This document shows positions 37,536 through 51,681 of a DNA stretch of 64,000 nt, one piece after another. The stretch covers positions 334,366,001-334,430,000 of the forward strand of contig OZ024741.1 of NCBI GenBank assembly GCA_964016885.1, given 5' to 3'. How positions within the stretch are numbered: the stretch's first letter is position 1; each line of letters opens with the position of its first letter. A program made the position numbers and the translations under genes. Below the pieces are notes generated by a model. That model saw only the letters and a program-made list of their open reading frames with translations. It ran no database searches and was not told the origin of the DNA. Source of the DNA: Eledone cirrhosa (taxonomy: Eukaryota).

Positions 37536-37760
37536 GCGTGAAATGACTGAAATTACAAGACTCCACCCCTGGACAGGACATGTCCATAGCAGGGTTAAAC
37601 CATCCAGCTATTGCTGGTACTCATTTTCAGATTAGTATACTAGAGCAAGAATGTGAAATGAAATGTTTTGCTCAAGAACACAACACACAACCCAATCCCA
37701 GAATTGAACGCACAACATTATGGTCATAGGTCCAACACCCTAACCACCAGGCCATGTAAT
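37480..37760 (-). mobile_element. tRNA-derived SINE (family also at 53905-54170, plus)
   Basis: tggcctggtggttagg A box, ctgaaaatgagtaccagc, tccaggggtggagt, ctgatgagcct tail. Confidence 0.8.
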
Positions 37761-37844
37761 TTCACTATAGCTATAGTGGCCAAAAACATAAAGAGACTTT
37801 TATAATAATTAGCAGTTATACTAGCACAGCATGATTTAGAGGCA

Positions 37845-38388
37845 TCATCACCACCTCCATCATCAACATCATCACCTCTATCACTATAGTCACTTCCTAT
37901 TATCATCACCAATACTACAACCATCATCATAACCACCACCATCACCATCATGACCACCATTATCATCACCACCATCACCACCACCATCACCACCACCACC
38001 GCCACCACCATCGTCACCAACACCATCATCACCACCATCACCACCATCTCCACCACTACCATCATCATCACCACCACCATCACCACCATCACCACCATCA
38101 CCACCACCATCATCACCATAATCTCCACCATAACCACCACCATCAACACCACCATCATCACTACCATCATCACTACCATCACCACCATCATCATCACCAC
38201 CATCACTACCACCACCATCATCATTACCACTGTCACCACCATCATCATCACTACCATCACCATCACCACCACACTATCACTACCATCATTATCATCACCA
38301 CCACCATCACTAACATCATTATCATCACCACCACCACCATCATCACCATCACCACCACCACCATCATCACTACCATCATCATCATCAT
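37845..38388. repeat. (CAC/CAT)n low-complexity tract
   Basis: Direct reading. Confidence 0.9.
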
Positions 38389-38948
38389 AGGGAAATATTG
38401 TTTAATCAGTCAACAATGACCCTCGATACAGCAAAGTTTCAAGGCTAAAAACAATAGCTAAAATAAAACAAAGAAACAACAAAAATGAAAATTTGATTTA
38501 CAGAATTAAAATCTAAATGTATGTTGTAATTGAAATAATAAATGTCACCAGAAATTTGGGAGATTGGTAAATTAAATAATTAACAAATAATTATATTTTA
38601 TTAAAATCATTATTGTTTAATTGAATGACAAATACATTTTCATTTTTAAATGATAAACAAAGTAAAATCTATTTTAGAAATTAAACAAAATAAAATGAAG
38701 TAATGATGCAAGATGTGGGGTGGGGCGAGAGTGTGAACCTTGTGGAAATTGAACCCATGTGTCTTTGCTTGTTGTCTTGATGTAATCACAACTATGTTAT
38801 GGGTCTTTGCTGTTTCTATGTATGTATATATGGATGTATGAATGAATCTATCTATCTATCCTTGTGTCTGTTATTGTTTATACACATATACACATATATG
38901 TGTGTGAGTGGTGTGTTTGTGTGTGTATACATACACTTATGTATGTGT

Positions 38949-39190
38949 GGAGGTGTGTGAGTTAATCATTAGAATATTTGGCTCACAACCATAATGTCAA
39001 TTCCTAACAGTGCATTGTGCCTTGAGCAAACACTCTATTTCACATTCCTCCAGTCCATTCAGCTGGCAAAAATGAGTTATACCCTTAGATTGAAGGTCCA
39101 GACCTTGTCACATTATGTCATGCTGAATCTCCCTGAGAACTATGTAAAGGGTACACATGTCTGTTGAATGCTCAGGCACAGGCATTGCTT
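38949..39190 (+). mobile_element. Degraded tRNA-derived SINE
   Basis: ggagg start, ccttgagcaa..act.tatttcacatt domain, cagctggcaaaaatgagt. Confidence 0.65.
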
Positions 39191-40192
39191 GATATGTGAC
39201 ATTTTTTGCATTGCATTGTATTGCTGGCCATAAGCAAGCCCCTAGCAGGACTAAAAAACACGTCCGTGATGCTGATGCTTCAGTATCAAGCAATGGCATT
39301 ACTCAAAATCGAGTTGCAGCCATTATATATGTATATATGGACCTGTAACACATGATAGAATTGTAAGGGTGCTTTAGTGATACACTGCATGTCTTGGGAA
39401 TTTCAAACCTGGCGGAGGCCATCTCTTCTCCAGCTCTGAATACAACTGATTTTTTTCTAGAGAAGGAAAGAGAGACAAAGTGATAGAGCGGAAGTGAGAA
39501 AAAGATATAGAGGAAGAATCAAACCAAGTATTGGACAGGTCCTTTATTATCAATCTTAAAAAGATGAAAGGCTATGGTGAATTTGCAAAACATTCCATCT
39601 GGCATTCTAATGATACTGCCAATTCACCACCATTGTTTCTATGTAATGTCAGCTATACTATATGTCATCTATGTAATGACTCCTACACTATGAGCACAAT
39701 ACTATGTATCTTAATGTTATGTCTATATGTAATTGTTCCTACACGATGTCTCTCTGTTATTATCACTATACTATGTTGTTTTTTATGTCTATGTAAACCC
39801 ACAGTGAGTGATTTGAGGGAGATTTGGTTGCTATTTTCGACAGGCTTAGGGATTCCATACAGAGGCTTGTTTTAAATTCTTTCTTGAACAATATAATCAA
39901 ATAATTACTTAGGCAAGAGCTCTCAAATCTTTATTAAAATACAATGGCCAGCTAAGTAAGTTGACCTAAATAGGAATGTATGTATGCCTATGGTATGGTA
40001 TGTGTATAATGTGTGTACATCATTAGCATCATCGTCATCATCACAAATATATGCATACACACAGAAACACACATTGTATATATATATATAAATATATATA
40101 TGTGTGTATATATATATATATATTATATTTATATATATATATCTATATATCTCTCTCTCTATATATATATATTATATTTATATATCTATCTA

Positions 40193-40365
<173 letters not shown>

Positions 40366-41220
40366 TATATATGTGTGTGTGTATAGAGAGAGAGAGATGT
40401 GCTTGTACTTATATATAATATACATATATATATATATATATATAAGAACAAATATTTATTGTTCAGACAAATAAAATATTTGAAAATTATACATTTTAGT
40501 ATTTTGCTAAAGTTAATAATTATTAAATAAATATCAAGAAAAGACGTTAATCAAGAATTATGGAGCTGAAAATAATGCAATAAAATCTTATTATTCTCTC
40601 TGAACAATACAGTATTGAATGTACAATATCCACCATAACAACCCTCCTCCATCCCTCTCCTATTGCTTTTCACTGTAATGATATATATGTATTTATATAT
40701 AGTAAACCTATATGTATGTGGTAGGCGGATACACACATAGCCTCACTACATACACACATGTACACACTCACTTATATACATGCACAGACACATGCATACA
40801 CAAGCACACATGTGCATACATACTCATGTACACACTCATTCCTATACATGCACAGACACATGCACACACAAACAAGCAAACACAAACAGACATGTACATA
40901 CTCATTCAGACACACACACATGCACACACAAACAAGCACACTCAAACACACATGTATATACACTCATGTACACAGACACATGCATATACACTCATGTACA
41001 CAGACACATACATGCTCACACAACCAAGCACACACACACAAACATATTTTTTGTTGCACATATGTATTCATACATAGTAAAATGTAATCATACATAAGTG
41101 TTGTGTGTACACAGACACACAGACAAACACACACAAACACACACATATACACACACATATTTTTGAGACATGTAAACAGTCATCATATGCATATAAGCTA
41201 ACACAATCCTATGAACATAT

Positions 41221-41251
<31 letters not shown>

Positions 41252-41687
41252 CACAAACACATACATATACACATACACACATACATATATATACACATAT
41301 ACACACACATACATACATATATACATACAAATACTCACATATACACATGCACATACACATACATAATACCCATACATACACACACAATTATATAAATTAA
41401 TAAGAATACGTTTATAAATTAATGAGGAAATGCAAAATTTGAAAAGAAATAAAAAAAAGTAGGCAAAAGAAATTTGTTTTTGATTAAACATGTCTGGAAG
41501 AATAAGAAAATGGTACTCCATTTATTTTACAAGTTAATTCAATAAGTAGACAGTTGCTAAAATGTTTCTGATCAAATTAATCCATCAATGGGTGATTCCT
41601 ATTAGTGAGCTTTTTGTTTTTTTCTAGTACAGTATATATGGACCCAGGACCACTCTTTCACCTTCTGAGGCCCTTCTCTAAAAACAT

Positions 41688-41831
41688 TGGTGGATTGGCA
41701 GTATCGGTAGAGAGTCGGACACCATGCTTTGAAGCATAGAGTTACGTCCCTTTATGATCTGAGTTCAAATCCCGCCGAGGTTAACTTTGCCTTTCATCCT
41801 TACAGGGTCGATAAAATAAAGTACCAGTAAT
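41688..41831 (+). mobile_element. Meta-like SINE 5' part, interrupted by a fold-back element
   Basis: Matches 51955-52097 in reverse; breaks after gtaccagtaatg. Confidence 0.8.
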
Positions 41832-41908
41832 GAGGGACAGAGACCTCTGAAGAGAACTCGTCCATGGATCTCGGGAATTTTACCCGCCTTAGATAGATAT
41901 ATAGAGAA

Positions 41909-42203
41909 TAGAAAACGAAATATCAGTGATGCATCTGAACTCAATTTATTGTGCGTTACAATTGTTTCGCCGGTGGACAGCTCGAGACGTGATTATTGTG
42001 TGGATCTGTTCGATTCTGGACCCGCAGGTTTCAAGGATACGTCTAATGCTTTCGGAGCATATTCTCTCACTCTGTCCGTCGAACCTGTGGGTCCAGAATC
42101 AGACAGATCCACAGAATGATTGCGTCTTGAGCTGTCCGCCGACGAAACAATTGTAACACACAATAAATTGAGTTCAGATGCATCACTGAATTTTCGTTTT
42201 CTA
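41909..42203. repeat. ~295 bp fold-back containing the 3' half of an HHR
   Basis: Inverted arms of ~115 bp; GAC-GAAA-CAATTG-TA at 42141-42155. Confidence 0.85.
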
Positions 42204-42303
42204 ATCCATTATACCCTGCTCTGTAAGAGCATAGAGTGCTCAACCGGCATACCGCCTATGGAAGCATCTTAGCTACCATCAAACACATATATAGACATAT
42301 ATA

Positions 42304-42337
<34 letters not shown>

Positions 42338-42464
42338 CATGTACATATATATATAACCAAACCAACCTGCGTACTTCGTCGAGTGCTCCAATCTGCATAC
42401 TGAGGTGTCGGTAAACAACCAACATATACTCAAAATATATATATGTATATATATATGTATATAT

Positions 42465-42812
42465 GGAGGCACATGGCTTAGTGGTTAGAGCAATGGACTG
42501 GCAATCGAAAGGTTGTGAGTTCAATTCTCAGACCAGGTGATGTGTTGTTTCCTTGAGCAAGACACTTTATTTCACATTGCTCCAGTTTACTCAGCTGTAG
42601 AAATGAGATGATAGGGACTGGCATCCACATCATTCCACTGCAAAGTGGTCGTGGAGGTGCCACGGCAAAAAAGCACCCAGCACTCACTGTAAATGAGGTT
42701 GGTGTTAGGAAGGGCATCCAGCTGTAGAAATCAAGCCAGAATCAGTTCCCGTCTCACCCTTGCAAGCAGGGAAAAGTGGACGTAAAATGAAATGATGATG
42801 ATGATGATGATG

Positions 42813-42814
<2 letters not shown>
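42465..42814 (+). mobile_element. Full-length tRNA-derived SINE with RTE-type tail
   Basis: Close match to 33366-33715. Confidence 0.9.
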
Positions 42815-42862
<48 letters not shown>

Positions 42863-43135
42863 GTATATATATATATATGTATATATATATATTTGTGTAT
42901 ATTTATGTATATATATATATAAATATATATATGTGTATGTGTGTGTATATATATATATGTGTGTGTGTGTGTATATCTATATATGTGTGTGTGTATATAT
43001 ATATAGGAAAAAGTATGACCTCAACGGCAGAGCTCAAGCCGTTGGGGTCATACTTTTTCCTATTACCCACTCTACTACCCTAAGTATTGAGTACTCTGGT
43101 GTGTTATGGTCCATCTGGTTCCTTACCCTGAAGTG

Positions 43136-43350
43136 AAGGCATGTGGCTGAGTGGTTAGAGAATTGGATTCACAATCTTGAGGTTGCGAGTTTGATTCCTG
43201 GACAGGGCGATGTGTTATGTCCTTGAGCAAGACACTTTATTTCAAGTTGCTCCTTCTACCTGGAGTTGCAACCTATAGATACTATTAGCAACTGGAAAGA
43301 CCAACAAAAACATTGTTTCCTCGGTCCGATTTGACGAAAGTCGATCGATC
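43136..43350 (+). mobile_element. tRNA-derived SINE (relatives at 11252, 34735 and 44280)
   Basis: tggctgagtgg A box, gtttgattcc B box, gtccttgagcaagacactt domain. Confidence 0.82.
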
Positions 43351-43358
43351 CTTTATGT

Positions 43359-43434
43359 ATCAATCTGTGAATGCAGAAGTGGGGTGGGATATATATATAT
43401 ATATCCCACCCCACCTCTGCATTCACAGATTGAT
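43359..43434. repeat. Near-perfect palindrome centred on (AT)n
   Basis: atcaatctgtgaatgcagaagtggggtggg(at)n cccaccccacctctgcattcacagattgat. Confidence 0.92.
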
Positions 43435-44632
43435 TTTTTTTAGTTTTGGAAAGGGTGAAAGCAGTGATTCTTTGCTTAAACTTTAATCTGTTATTTCAAT
43501 ATATATATATATATAATTTTTTTTAATGGTTTAGAGTTAAATATTAAAAATTAATGATAAAATAAAAATATATTTTTTTAAATGAGCCTTTGAGCTTATG
43601 TAGCCCTAAGTTATAGCTTATTTAGCTTATAGGTAAGTACAACACTGAATGGACTTGTAACTTCTGAAGTAGTCGTAGTGGTGCCATCATGGCTCATGGC
43701 TAGTTTTAAGCACTTTTAGCCTGGTGTAGCTCATTCCTTCTCCAGGGCTGAACACAGAGAAGAAAGAGAGAAAGTGAGAGAAAGAAGTGAGAAGAAGATA
43801 TAAGAGAAGAATGGGCTGGTATTTTTTTTTTTTTTTTACCTCAAAAAGATGAAAGGCAAAGTTGACTTCAACATCATTTGAAGACAAAGTTCAGAGAGCT
43901 GGACTAAATGCCACAAAGCATTATATCCAACATTCAACACCTCTCCATTATTGATTGTATATGGTCGTCTTTTTCCATATACAGATCCCTTGGCCTGTCT
44001 GGGAGGTCAGTAGCACCACTTCAGTATTGACTTGGTCTATCTAGACCTGTCCAACCCTTACTAGCAGGAAAAGCTGACTTTAAATGATGACTGAGAAATA
44101 TTGGCATGAAATGGTTAGTCTGGTTCTGGTTTATTAGGTACCCAACCTAGAAACAAAGAAACATTTGTGTAAGGCTTCAACTGATGGCTTTGTATACCTG
44201 GTGTAAAACTTTGGCAAGTTTCTTCTATCGGTTTTGATCCAAATGAACAGACCTCATTCGCTTACTGCTTGAAGTGTAACTCGTCAGATTAGACCAAGGA
44301 AATAATGTTTCCTTTGGTCTTTCCAATTGCTGGTACTATCTATCTACTGATCACAACTGGCAGAAACAGCAAATATATATATATAATGTTTGATGATTTA
44401 GTATTAAAGAATAAACACTAATGGTAAAATAAAATGTATAATTTTAAAATGGAGGCCTCCAAGGGTATGTGGCCCTAAGCTATAGCTTTTTAGCTTATAG
44501 TGAAGTCCAGCACGATGTGTGAGATGTGGCATCCATCTTGTCTTGGAGGACAGTAATTCCAAATATTGACTTATTTTGTTATCAACTCCTCAAACACATG
44601 CTAAAAGGGAAATAGATGTTTGATGATGGTGG

Positions 44633-44664
<32 letters not shown>

Positions 44665-44871
44665 CTTATCATATTTTAGATACTGCTGAATTATTTTTAT
44701 ATAATGTCAATAGTTTCTCATGGCATTGAGAGATTTTGTACGTTGAATATGTTTGTTTTTCCTTTCAATTATTTTATAATAAATTTAATAAATAAAAATA
44801 TGTTTTTAAATTGAGGGGAGCATAATATTTTTGAGGTATCTTAGGAGTGGATGGGTATTATTATAAAAGAA

Positions 44872-45548
44872 CACCCCCTTCGATTTCAGTGGGAAAAAAA
44901 TTATTTCCTCATATTTTTTGTATGTGCTATCAACTAATCTGACCTGCAAGATGCTCACAATCAATTTTTTTTCCCAGGAAAATGGAGAAGTTGGGTGGGT
45001 ACCCCCCCCCCCCCTATATCACTGCACCTCCTCAAAGTTTTCCTTACATTTTTTTTTGTGTGCCATCAACTAGTTTGACCTCCAAGATGCTTGCAATTGA
45101 CTGTTTTTCTTGGGTTAGGGTTAGGGCTAAGGTTTAGAGTTTAGGGTTTCCATTTTCAGGAGAAAAAGTCGATTATGAGCCTCTTGGAGGTCAGATTAGT
45201 TGATAGCTCATAAATAAAAAACGAAGAAAAATGATTATTTCCCAACAAATGCAAGGAAGTGTAAATCTGTGAAACTCCAATGGTCTTTTCACATATTTTC
45301 CCTCCTCCTTTTTCTAAAAGGCTAGTCATTTCCGACTGGACAGGATATCATATTCGTTGATAACTAGAAAAAAAAAAATTGTATAGAAAACTCCAAGGAA
45401 GTTGTATTATTGAAGGTGAGGCAACCACCCTACACACTCCATTTTTCTGTAAAAAAATTTGATAGCGAGTATCTTGGAAGTCAGATTAATTGACACATAT
45501 GAAAAACAAAGAAAAAAGATTTGTTTTTCCATTGAAATTGGTGGGGGG
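44872..45548. mobile_element. Degraded nested inverted-repeat element with a central telomere-like tract
   Basis: tgtgc.atcaacta.t.tgacct.caagatgct twice forward (44923, 45059) and twice inverted (~45175-45210, ~45465-45497); gggttagggttagggctaagg at 45112. Confidence 0.6.
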
Positions 45549-45822
45549 CTTTCTATATATTTACTGTGGCATGGAGTCAAAAAAGTTTTTTAAATGGAAT
45601 TAAGAAGTACAGATGTAGAAGTTACTTCAATAAACAAATATATAGAAATAATTGGAGCCAAACGTTGACCTGATGTAGTATATATTAGTGGAAATACCAA
45701 ACTACTTTACAATAATATAACAGACTGAACTGAGAATCTATAGCGATGATGATGGTGATGATTGTTATCATAGTGGAGATTATTAGAACCAGATTAATAT
45801 TAATGGTAATTTACACATGCTT

Positions 45823-45878
<56 letters not shown>

Positions 45879-45954
45879 AGCTGAGTAATTTTTTAGAACA
45901 ATAAAATTATGCATATATCAGATAAGTAGCACTCAACACTTGGTAGAACTGGAG

Positions 45955-46295
45955 TATATATAAAGAATAAATTAAAAGATGGTTAAAAAAGTTCCATATA
46001 TTTTATTATGCGCATTTCGAAAACAACATCATCCTGGGACAAAAATTGTGTTCTCATCAGATAAAATAAGGTAACATGATATGAGGCCTAAAAACACTTG
46101 TGAACAAGAAAGTGTCCATTCAACATATGTTGTACACTTTCTTGTTCACAACTGTTTTTAGGCCTCATATCATGTTACCTTATTTTATCTGATGAGAACA
46201 CAATTTTTGTCCCAGGATGATGTTGTTTTCGAAATGCGCATAATAAAATATATGGAACTTTTTTAACCATCTTTTAATTTATTCTTTATATATAT
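45955..46295. mobile_element. ~340 bp near-perfect fold-back element with an HHR on each strand
   Basis: Arms 45955-46115 and 46134-46295; adjoins a (TA)n-flanked island starting at 45877. Confidence 0.9.
46181..46250 (+). ncRNA. Type I hammerhead ribozyme (AUA triplet); mirror copy at 45999-46068, minus
   Basis: TATTTTAT-CTGATGA-GAAcACAA...TTGTtTTC-GAAA-TGCGCA-TA-ATAAAATA: 8 bp stem I, palindromic stem III. Confidence 0.87.
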
Positions 46296-48164
46296 TTTAA
46301 TGCAAAATGCTTGCTGCTTGCTGCTGCCTCTGAAATAATTTCTACTCCTGCAAATCTAACAACAAATACTATTCTAACAGTATTAGAAAAAGTAATTACT
46401 AGTATTCCAAATAATAATGATGTAATGCATTTTACCTCAATATATAATTTGACATGTTCCAACAACTCCATGTACAAAATATGTTGTTTTCTTTAATATT
46501 TGATTGCTTACTTTATGCTCAGTGTTTGATATGAAGTCTACTATTATTATTCTTTGAACTTGGTAAACTTTGTCCCTTCTCATATTTCCTGAAGAAATGT
46601 AGTTTTATGTATTATGTATGGTGTTAATAATTGATAATTAATTATTTACAATTGTTTACATATGCATATACTATTGTTACTGTATTGAAACGGACGTAGA
46701 AATTATAGAAAGTATTTAATTTTTTTAACCTTGGTCTTTTGCCATTTTGTATATATCTCCCCCCCCCTCTCTCTCTTTATCTATCTAACTCTCTCTCAAT
46801 ATATATATATATACACATACATATATATATGTGTATGTATGTGTATATATACAAACACACATATATACATATATATATACACACATATATACATATATAT
46901 ATATACATACACACACACACATATATATATATTTATATATACATACACATATATGAATATATGTATGCACACACATATATATGAAAGTCAAACCTTAATA
47001 AAAGATGGATGAATACATAGAATAGGAATAATACATCAGATGTATTCAACTGAATTAAATATGAAGGAACATATTAACTTTTTGACATGGAGATCTTTGT
47101 AGATTAGTTGCTTAGAGCATTGATAAATAGCTTTGTTTTTATGGCACAAAGCAACAATCCGCTCGATAAAGCTCAGACTCTATGGCTTGTTTCATTAACA
47201 ATTACCCATTGGACACTGAATAAGCATCTATTGAAAAATTCATTATGTGTGTATTGTTTGTAAATATAGTAATAAATAAGAGTCGTTTACCATGTGTAAG
47301 AGAGTTTTATGTTAGTAGTAAGTATTTATATACTCTCAATTCTCTATTTTCTGTTCTGTATTCTGTACTCTGACACTGTAGAGGTTGTTGTTGTTGGTGG
47401 AAAATTAAGCCAAAATCTGCTCAAAGCTGTAGTTTATCCATTAGTTTTCTTCGTTTATTTCAACCTTATCAGATATTTGATATTTTTATAGCTATCTATC
47501 TAATTTATCTATTTATCTATCAATATTTGTATAGCTATCTATTTATCTATGTATCTATCTATATTTTTATAGCTATCTATCTAAGCAACCTATCTGTCTA
47601 TCTATATTTGTGTAGCTATCTATCTAAGCTATTTTATTATGTATTTATCCATATTATGTACCTAATTATATTTTTATGTCTATCTAAGTTATGTATTTAT
47701 CTATCTATTGTAATTAGCTGTTTTTCTTCTTCTGGTTTATTATTATTATTGTTATCTTGTAAATATGTTTCTATTAGCCATCATTAGATTAATCTAACAA
47801 TATAAGGCATTATTCTTGCTCTCTTTCTTACATATGATCAACATCATTAGTCATCATCATTATAATTATCACCATAATCATCATTGTCATCATTGATGTT
47901 GTCATCACCACCATTATCCTCATCATCATTTTATTTATCATCATTGTCATCATCAGCATTTTTTTCATCACCACCACTATCATCAACATTGTTTTTGTCA
48001 TCATCCTCATCATCTTTATCACTATTAACATCATTGTCATCCCCATTTTTTTATCACCACCACTATCATCATCATTTTGATCATCATCATCATTGTCGCC
48101 ATACCTATTTTCATTACCATCACCATCATCCTCATCATTATTATATCTACATCTGTTTTCCCAA

Positions 48165-48560
48165 GTTCCTCTTGGTTGGCTGAGACATCTTCAGCACAAC
48201 ATTTTACCATTTTTGCAGTTATCCTTCCCCTTCTTTGTGAGATTCAGTCTCCTGAGATCAGCTTTCATCACTTCTTCCCATGTTTTTACCATCTTTATCT
48301 TCTACATGTTGCTTCCATTCAAACCACTTGACTCTTCTTTTTCACCCAACCTTCATCATCAATATATATCACATGTCTACAATTACAGTCTTTTCTTTCG
48401 CATGCTATATCTGATTCATCTTTTAGCTCATTTCTGCTCTGTCATTTATGTACACTAACATTTCACATCCAACAGAGCATGCATGCATCACTTCTTTCCA
48501 GACTTCACACATTCTCCACATTCAATATCATTGTTTTGTTACCATGCATCACATGTTCAT
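48165..48560 (-). mobile_element. Old degraded RTE 3' fragment
   Basis: The reverse strand resembles the ML.WM...GR..KTWEEV.K.DL region. Confidence 0.5.
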
Positions 48561-50913
48561 TCTAGAGCAGTCTATTCTCACACCTGATTCCTCTTAAACT
48601 AAATCGCTCCAAATTCCTTAATATTCTAAAATTAATTAAAAATCATAGGTAGTGTCTTTAATTAGAAATATGGTAACAAAATAGTTAAGTGTGGGTAATT
48701 AGTTATTCATAGGATCGTCTTTAGTTCTCTGGGCCCAGAACACTTTGCAAGTCATAGGCCTTACTTGAAAAAGACTAGTGATATTATGAATCACAATTTG
48801 AATAGAAACTAAAGCCTATTTTAAAATATCTATTAGTTTCCTTCTTTATTGGTAAAACAATTCAACTTTATTTGAAAATTTTCTGGAAATAATTCTATTA
48901 TGAAAGTAGAATTTAAATAAGAATTACATATTTTGTTTTATGAATATAGAGGTTTGCTCCTTGTAGGTTTTGGGATACACAACCTTTCTGTGTCTAACCC
49001 ATGCCTCAGAGGACTGGTCACAAGCCCATTGCCATTTTTTGCAGTGTTGGATGAAAACTGTAATATATCTTTCAAACCTAAAATCTGAATACATCTCTTG
49101 TTATCATGTGTGAAGATCAATGCAATATGGCTGCCTTTATTGCGTTGAGCCATATTGCAGTACTTTGGGGATCATGCCGGTCACCAATTTGGTACTTTTC
49201 TCAGACCCAGTAAATTGACTTCCAGGTTTTCAATATTCCCCCCCACACACACAAGGTAGAATTGGTAGAGCATCATATAAAACACTCTGTCTCTTTACAT
49301 TCTGACTTCTAATCCTAACAAGTTCAACTTTGTTTTTCATCCTTCCAGGGTTAATAAAGTAAAGTACCAGTCAAGTACTGGGATTGATTTAATCTTTGCC
49401 CTACCTGAAAATTTTCTGACCTTGTGTCTAAATTAGAAATCAATATTTGTGAAACCTAGATGCTTTTTTCCAAAGGAGTATTTTTTTGCATATGCAAACA
49501 AAAGTTTACACATTTTCTATGAATAATATATGAGATTCAAAGAGCAAAACGTACCATGCCACACTTCTTGAAAGATTATATACATATTGGAATATTTCTT
49601 AAAAACTATTTCTCTCCATCCATCCATAATTGGTCATAACATATTTCAAAGTCATGTGGCTACGTGCCTTAACTTAATTTAGCAGGAATTTTATATTATT
49701 GCTGTTTGTTTATTTACTTTTGTGTATTTATTTTGATAAAAATCTAACAAATCGACAACACCTATTCTTTTTCCCCAAAACATTCATTGACAAGCTTATT
49801 TTTTAAATATTTTTTTTATTTCAGTAATATTTAACCTACTCCAATACGAAATAAAATTATAGGATATGTATATATATATACGTACATACATATATATATA
49901 TATATATTTCTGTTAGAAATGAATTCTTTCCTAATTTCATTGTAAGCTTTTGTTTGCTAACTGGCATTTCACATTATTTTCATATTAAGGATACTGAAGA
50001 AAAAAATCAATTGATAAATAGTGTTTCCTTACCAGAGAATTAATATAAAAACGTGTTGACATTGAAAAAAAAAGGACTAAATCAATATTAGATAATTTTT
50101 CCCATGGGAAAATCTAACAGATTCAATAGAAAGAGGAGGTGGTGCAGTGACAAATATATTAAGTGGAGAGGAACAAAAAAAAAGAAAAAAGAAAAAGAAA
50201 ACTACTCTTCAATTAGGAGGTAAAAAGATAGTAGACAAAGAAGTCCTTTTTCATTTCATTGCCAATTGTTTTGTAGAATATTGATATCTTTTTGTCAATA
50301 TTCTGTCGTTGTCTGAGGCTATCAACATGTTTTCTAATGATGTGAACTGCTTTTCATATTACAAAATTTATTTTGCTGGTCCAGCTAAAAAGCAAACATT
50401 CTATTGATCTACTGAATCTATTTGAACACAATTGATAAACAAATGAAAAGCCAATAATATTCTGGTGCATTACAATAGTTATATTCAGTGCTACTTCAAA
50501 AGAAACTTTTTAAATTGGTTTCGGTTTTCAATAGCAGAATAATGTTGTTTTAAGTGTAAGAAAATGAATAAATCAACCACCTTGCAAAAAAAAAAAAAAT
50601 TAAACAAAAAAAGGTAAAAGGGATAAATATGAAAATAATAATAAAACAAAAAATGATTGTGTCTTAATAAACTGCATTTCTAAAAAATCTTTTGTACCAG
50701 CTTGCTGCTGCTTAACTCAAGTATTCTTTAGATGCAATCAAAAGGAATTATCTTTTCTCCAATCAGTTCTTGTATTTTTACAGAGAAGAATGTCTATGAA
50801 TTTCAAAACTCCATCAAATATGGTGCTGCTTATTGTTATTGTATATATGTATATATTTTTTTTTATATTTTCCAGTATATTTTTTTTCTTATTGTTATAT
50901 ATATCTATATATA

Positions 50914-50970
<57 letters not shown>

Positions 50971-51681
50971 CAATATTCCAGTATGTTTTTTTTGCTTATT
51001 GTTATATGTATACATTTTTTTTATATTTTCCAGTATGATTTTTTTTTGCCTATTGTTATTATATTTTTTTAATATTTCCAAGTATGTTCTTTTTTTTATT
51101 TTCTATTTTTGTTTTTGAAGATTCTGATAAATTCATTGATTACTTCAAAGAATCTTTAGTAACAAAATGATTGAAGAAAATAATGAAAATGGTGGAAAAT
51201 ATCTTTTGGTCAGTATTTCTCCTGCTTCCTTTTCATTGTAGGTCTCATTGTCTAGAAAATATTTGTAATTCTAATGAAAATTGTTTGTAATCAGGTAAGA
51301 ATTAACAGGATCAGGATGGTAATTCTATGATAATGTTCTCACAATAAATGTTCATTTATAGGCTTCATTTATATATACACAAATAGTACACACACTCATG
51401 AATACACACATACCACATACACATAGATGCAAATATACACATACAGGACATGCATACACAAATGCACACATACATACATGCACACACAAATACAGACATA
51501 TAAGCACATGCAAATACACATATAGAGTACAGGTACATGCAAATACACATATACACATACATGCAAATACGCACATACACACATATGCAAATACACACAT
51601 ATGCACATATGCAAATACATACATACACTGCCTATCTCTCGATCTAAACATACAGGAAAATATATATGTATGTATCTTATA

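Noticed and set aside
36227-37541. 417-aa and 422-aa ORFs on both strands; CRISPR-like regularity; hammerhead-like CTGACGA...GAAA in each unit
   Set aside because: The ORFs arise from a stop-free 54 bp unit. There are no unique spacers or cas genes. Four extra nucleotides precede GAAA and stems I and III are absent, so it is not a canonical HHR.
42465-42540. tRNA gene
   Set aside because: A/B boxes belong to a SINE head; no complete cloverleaf
51120-51300. Exon-like segment with ag/gtaag boundaries
   Set aside because: Stops in all three frames; no support as a coding exon
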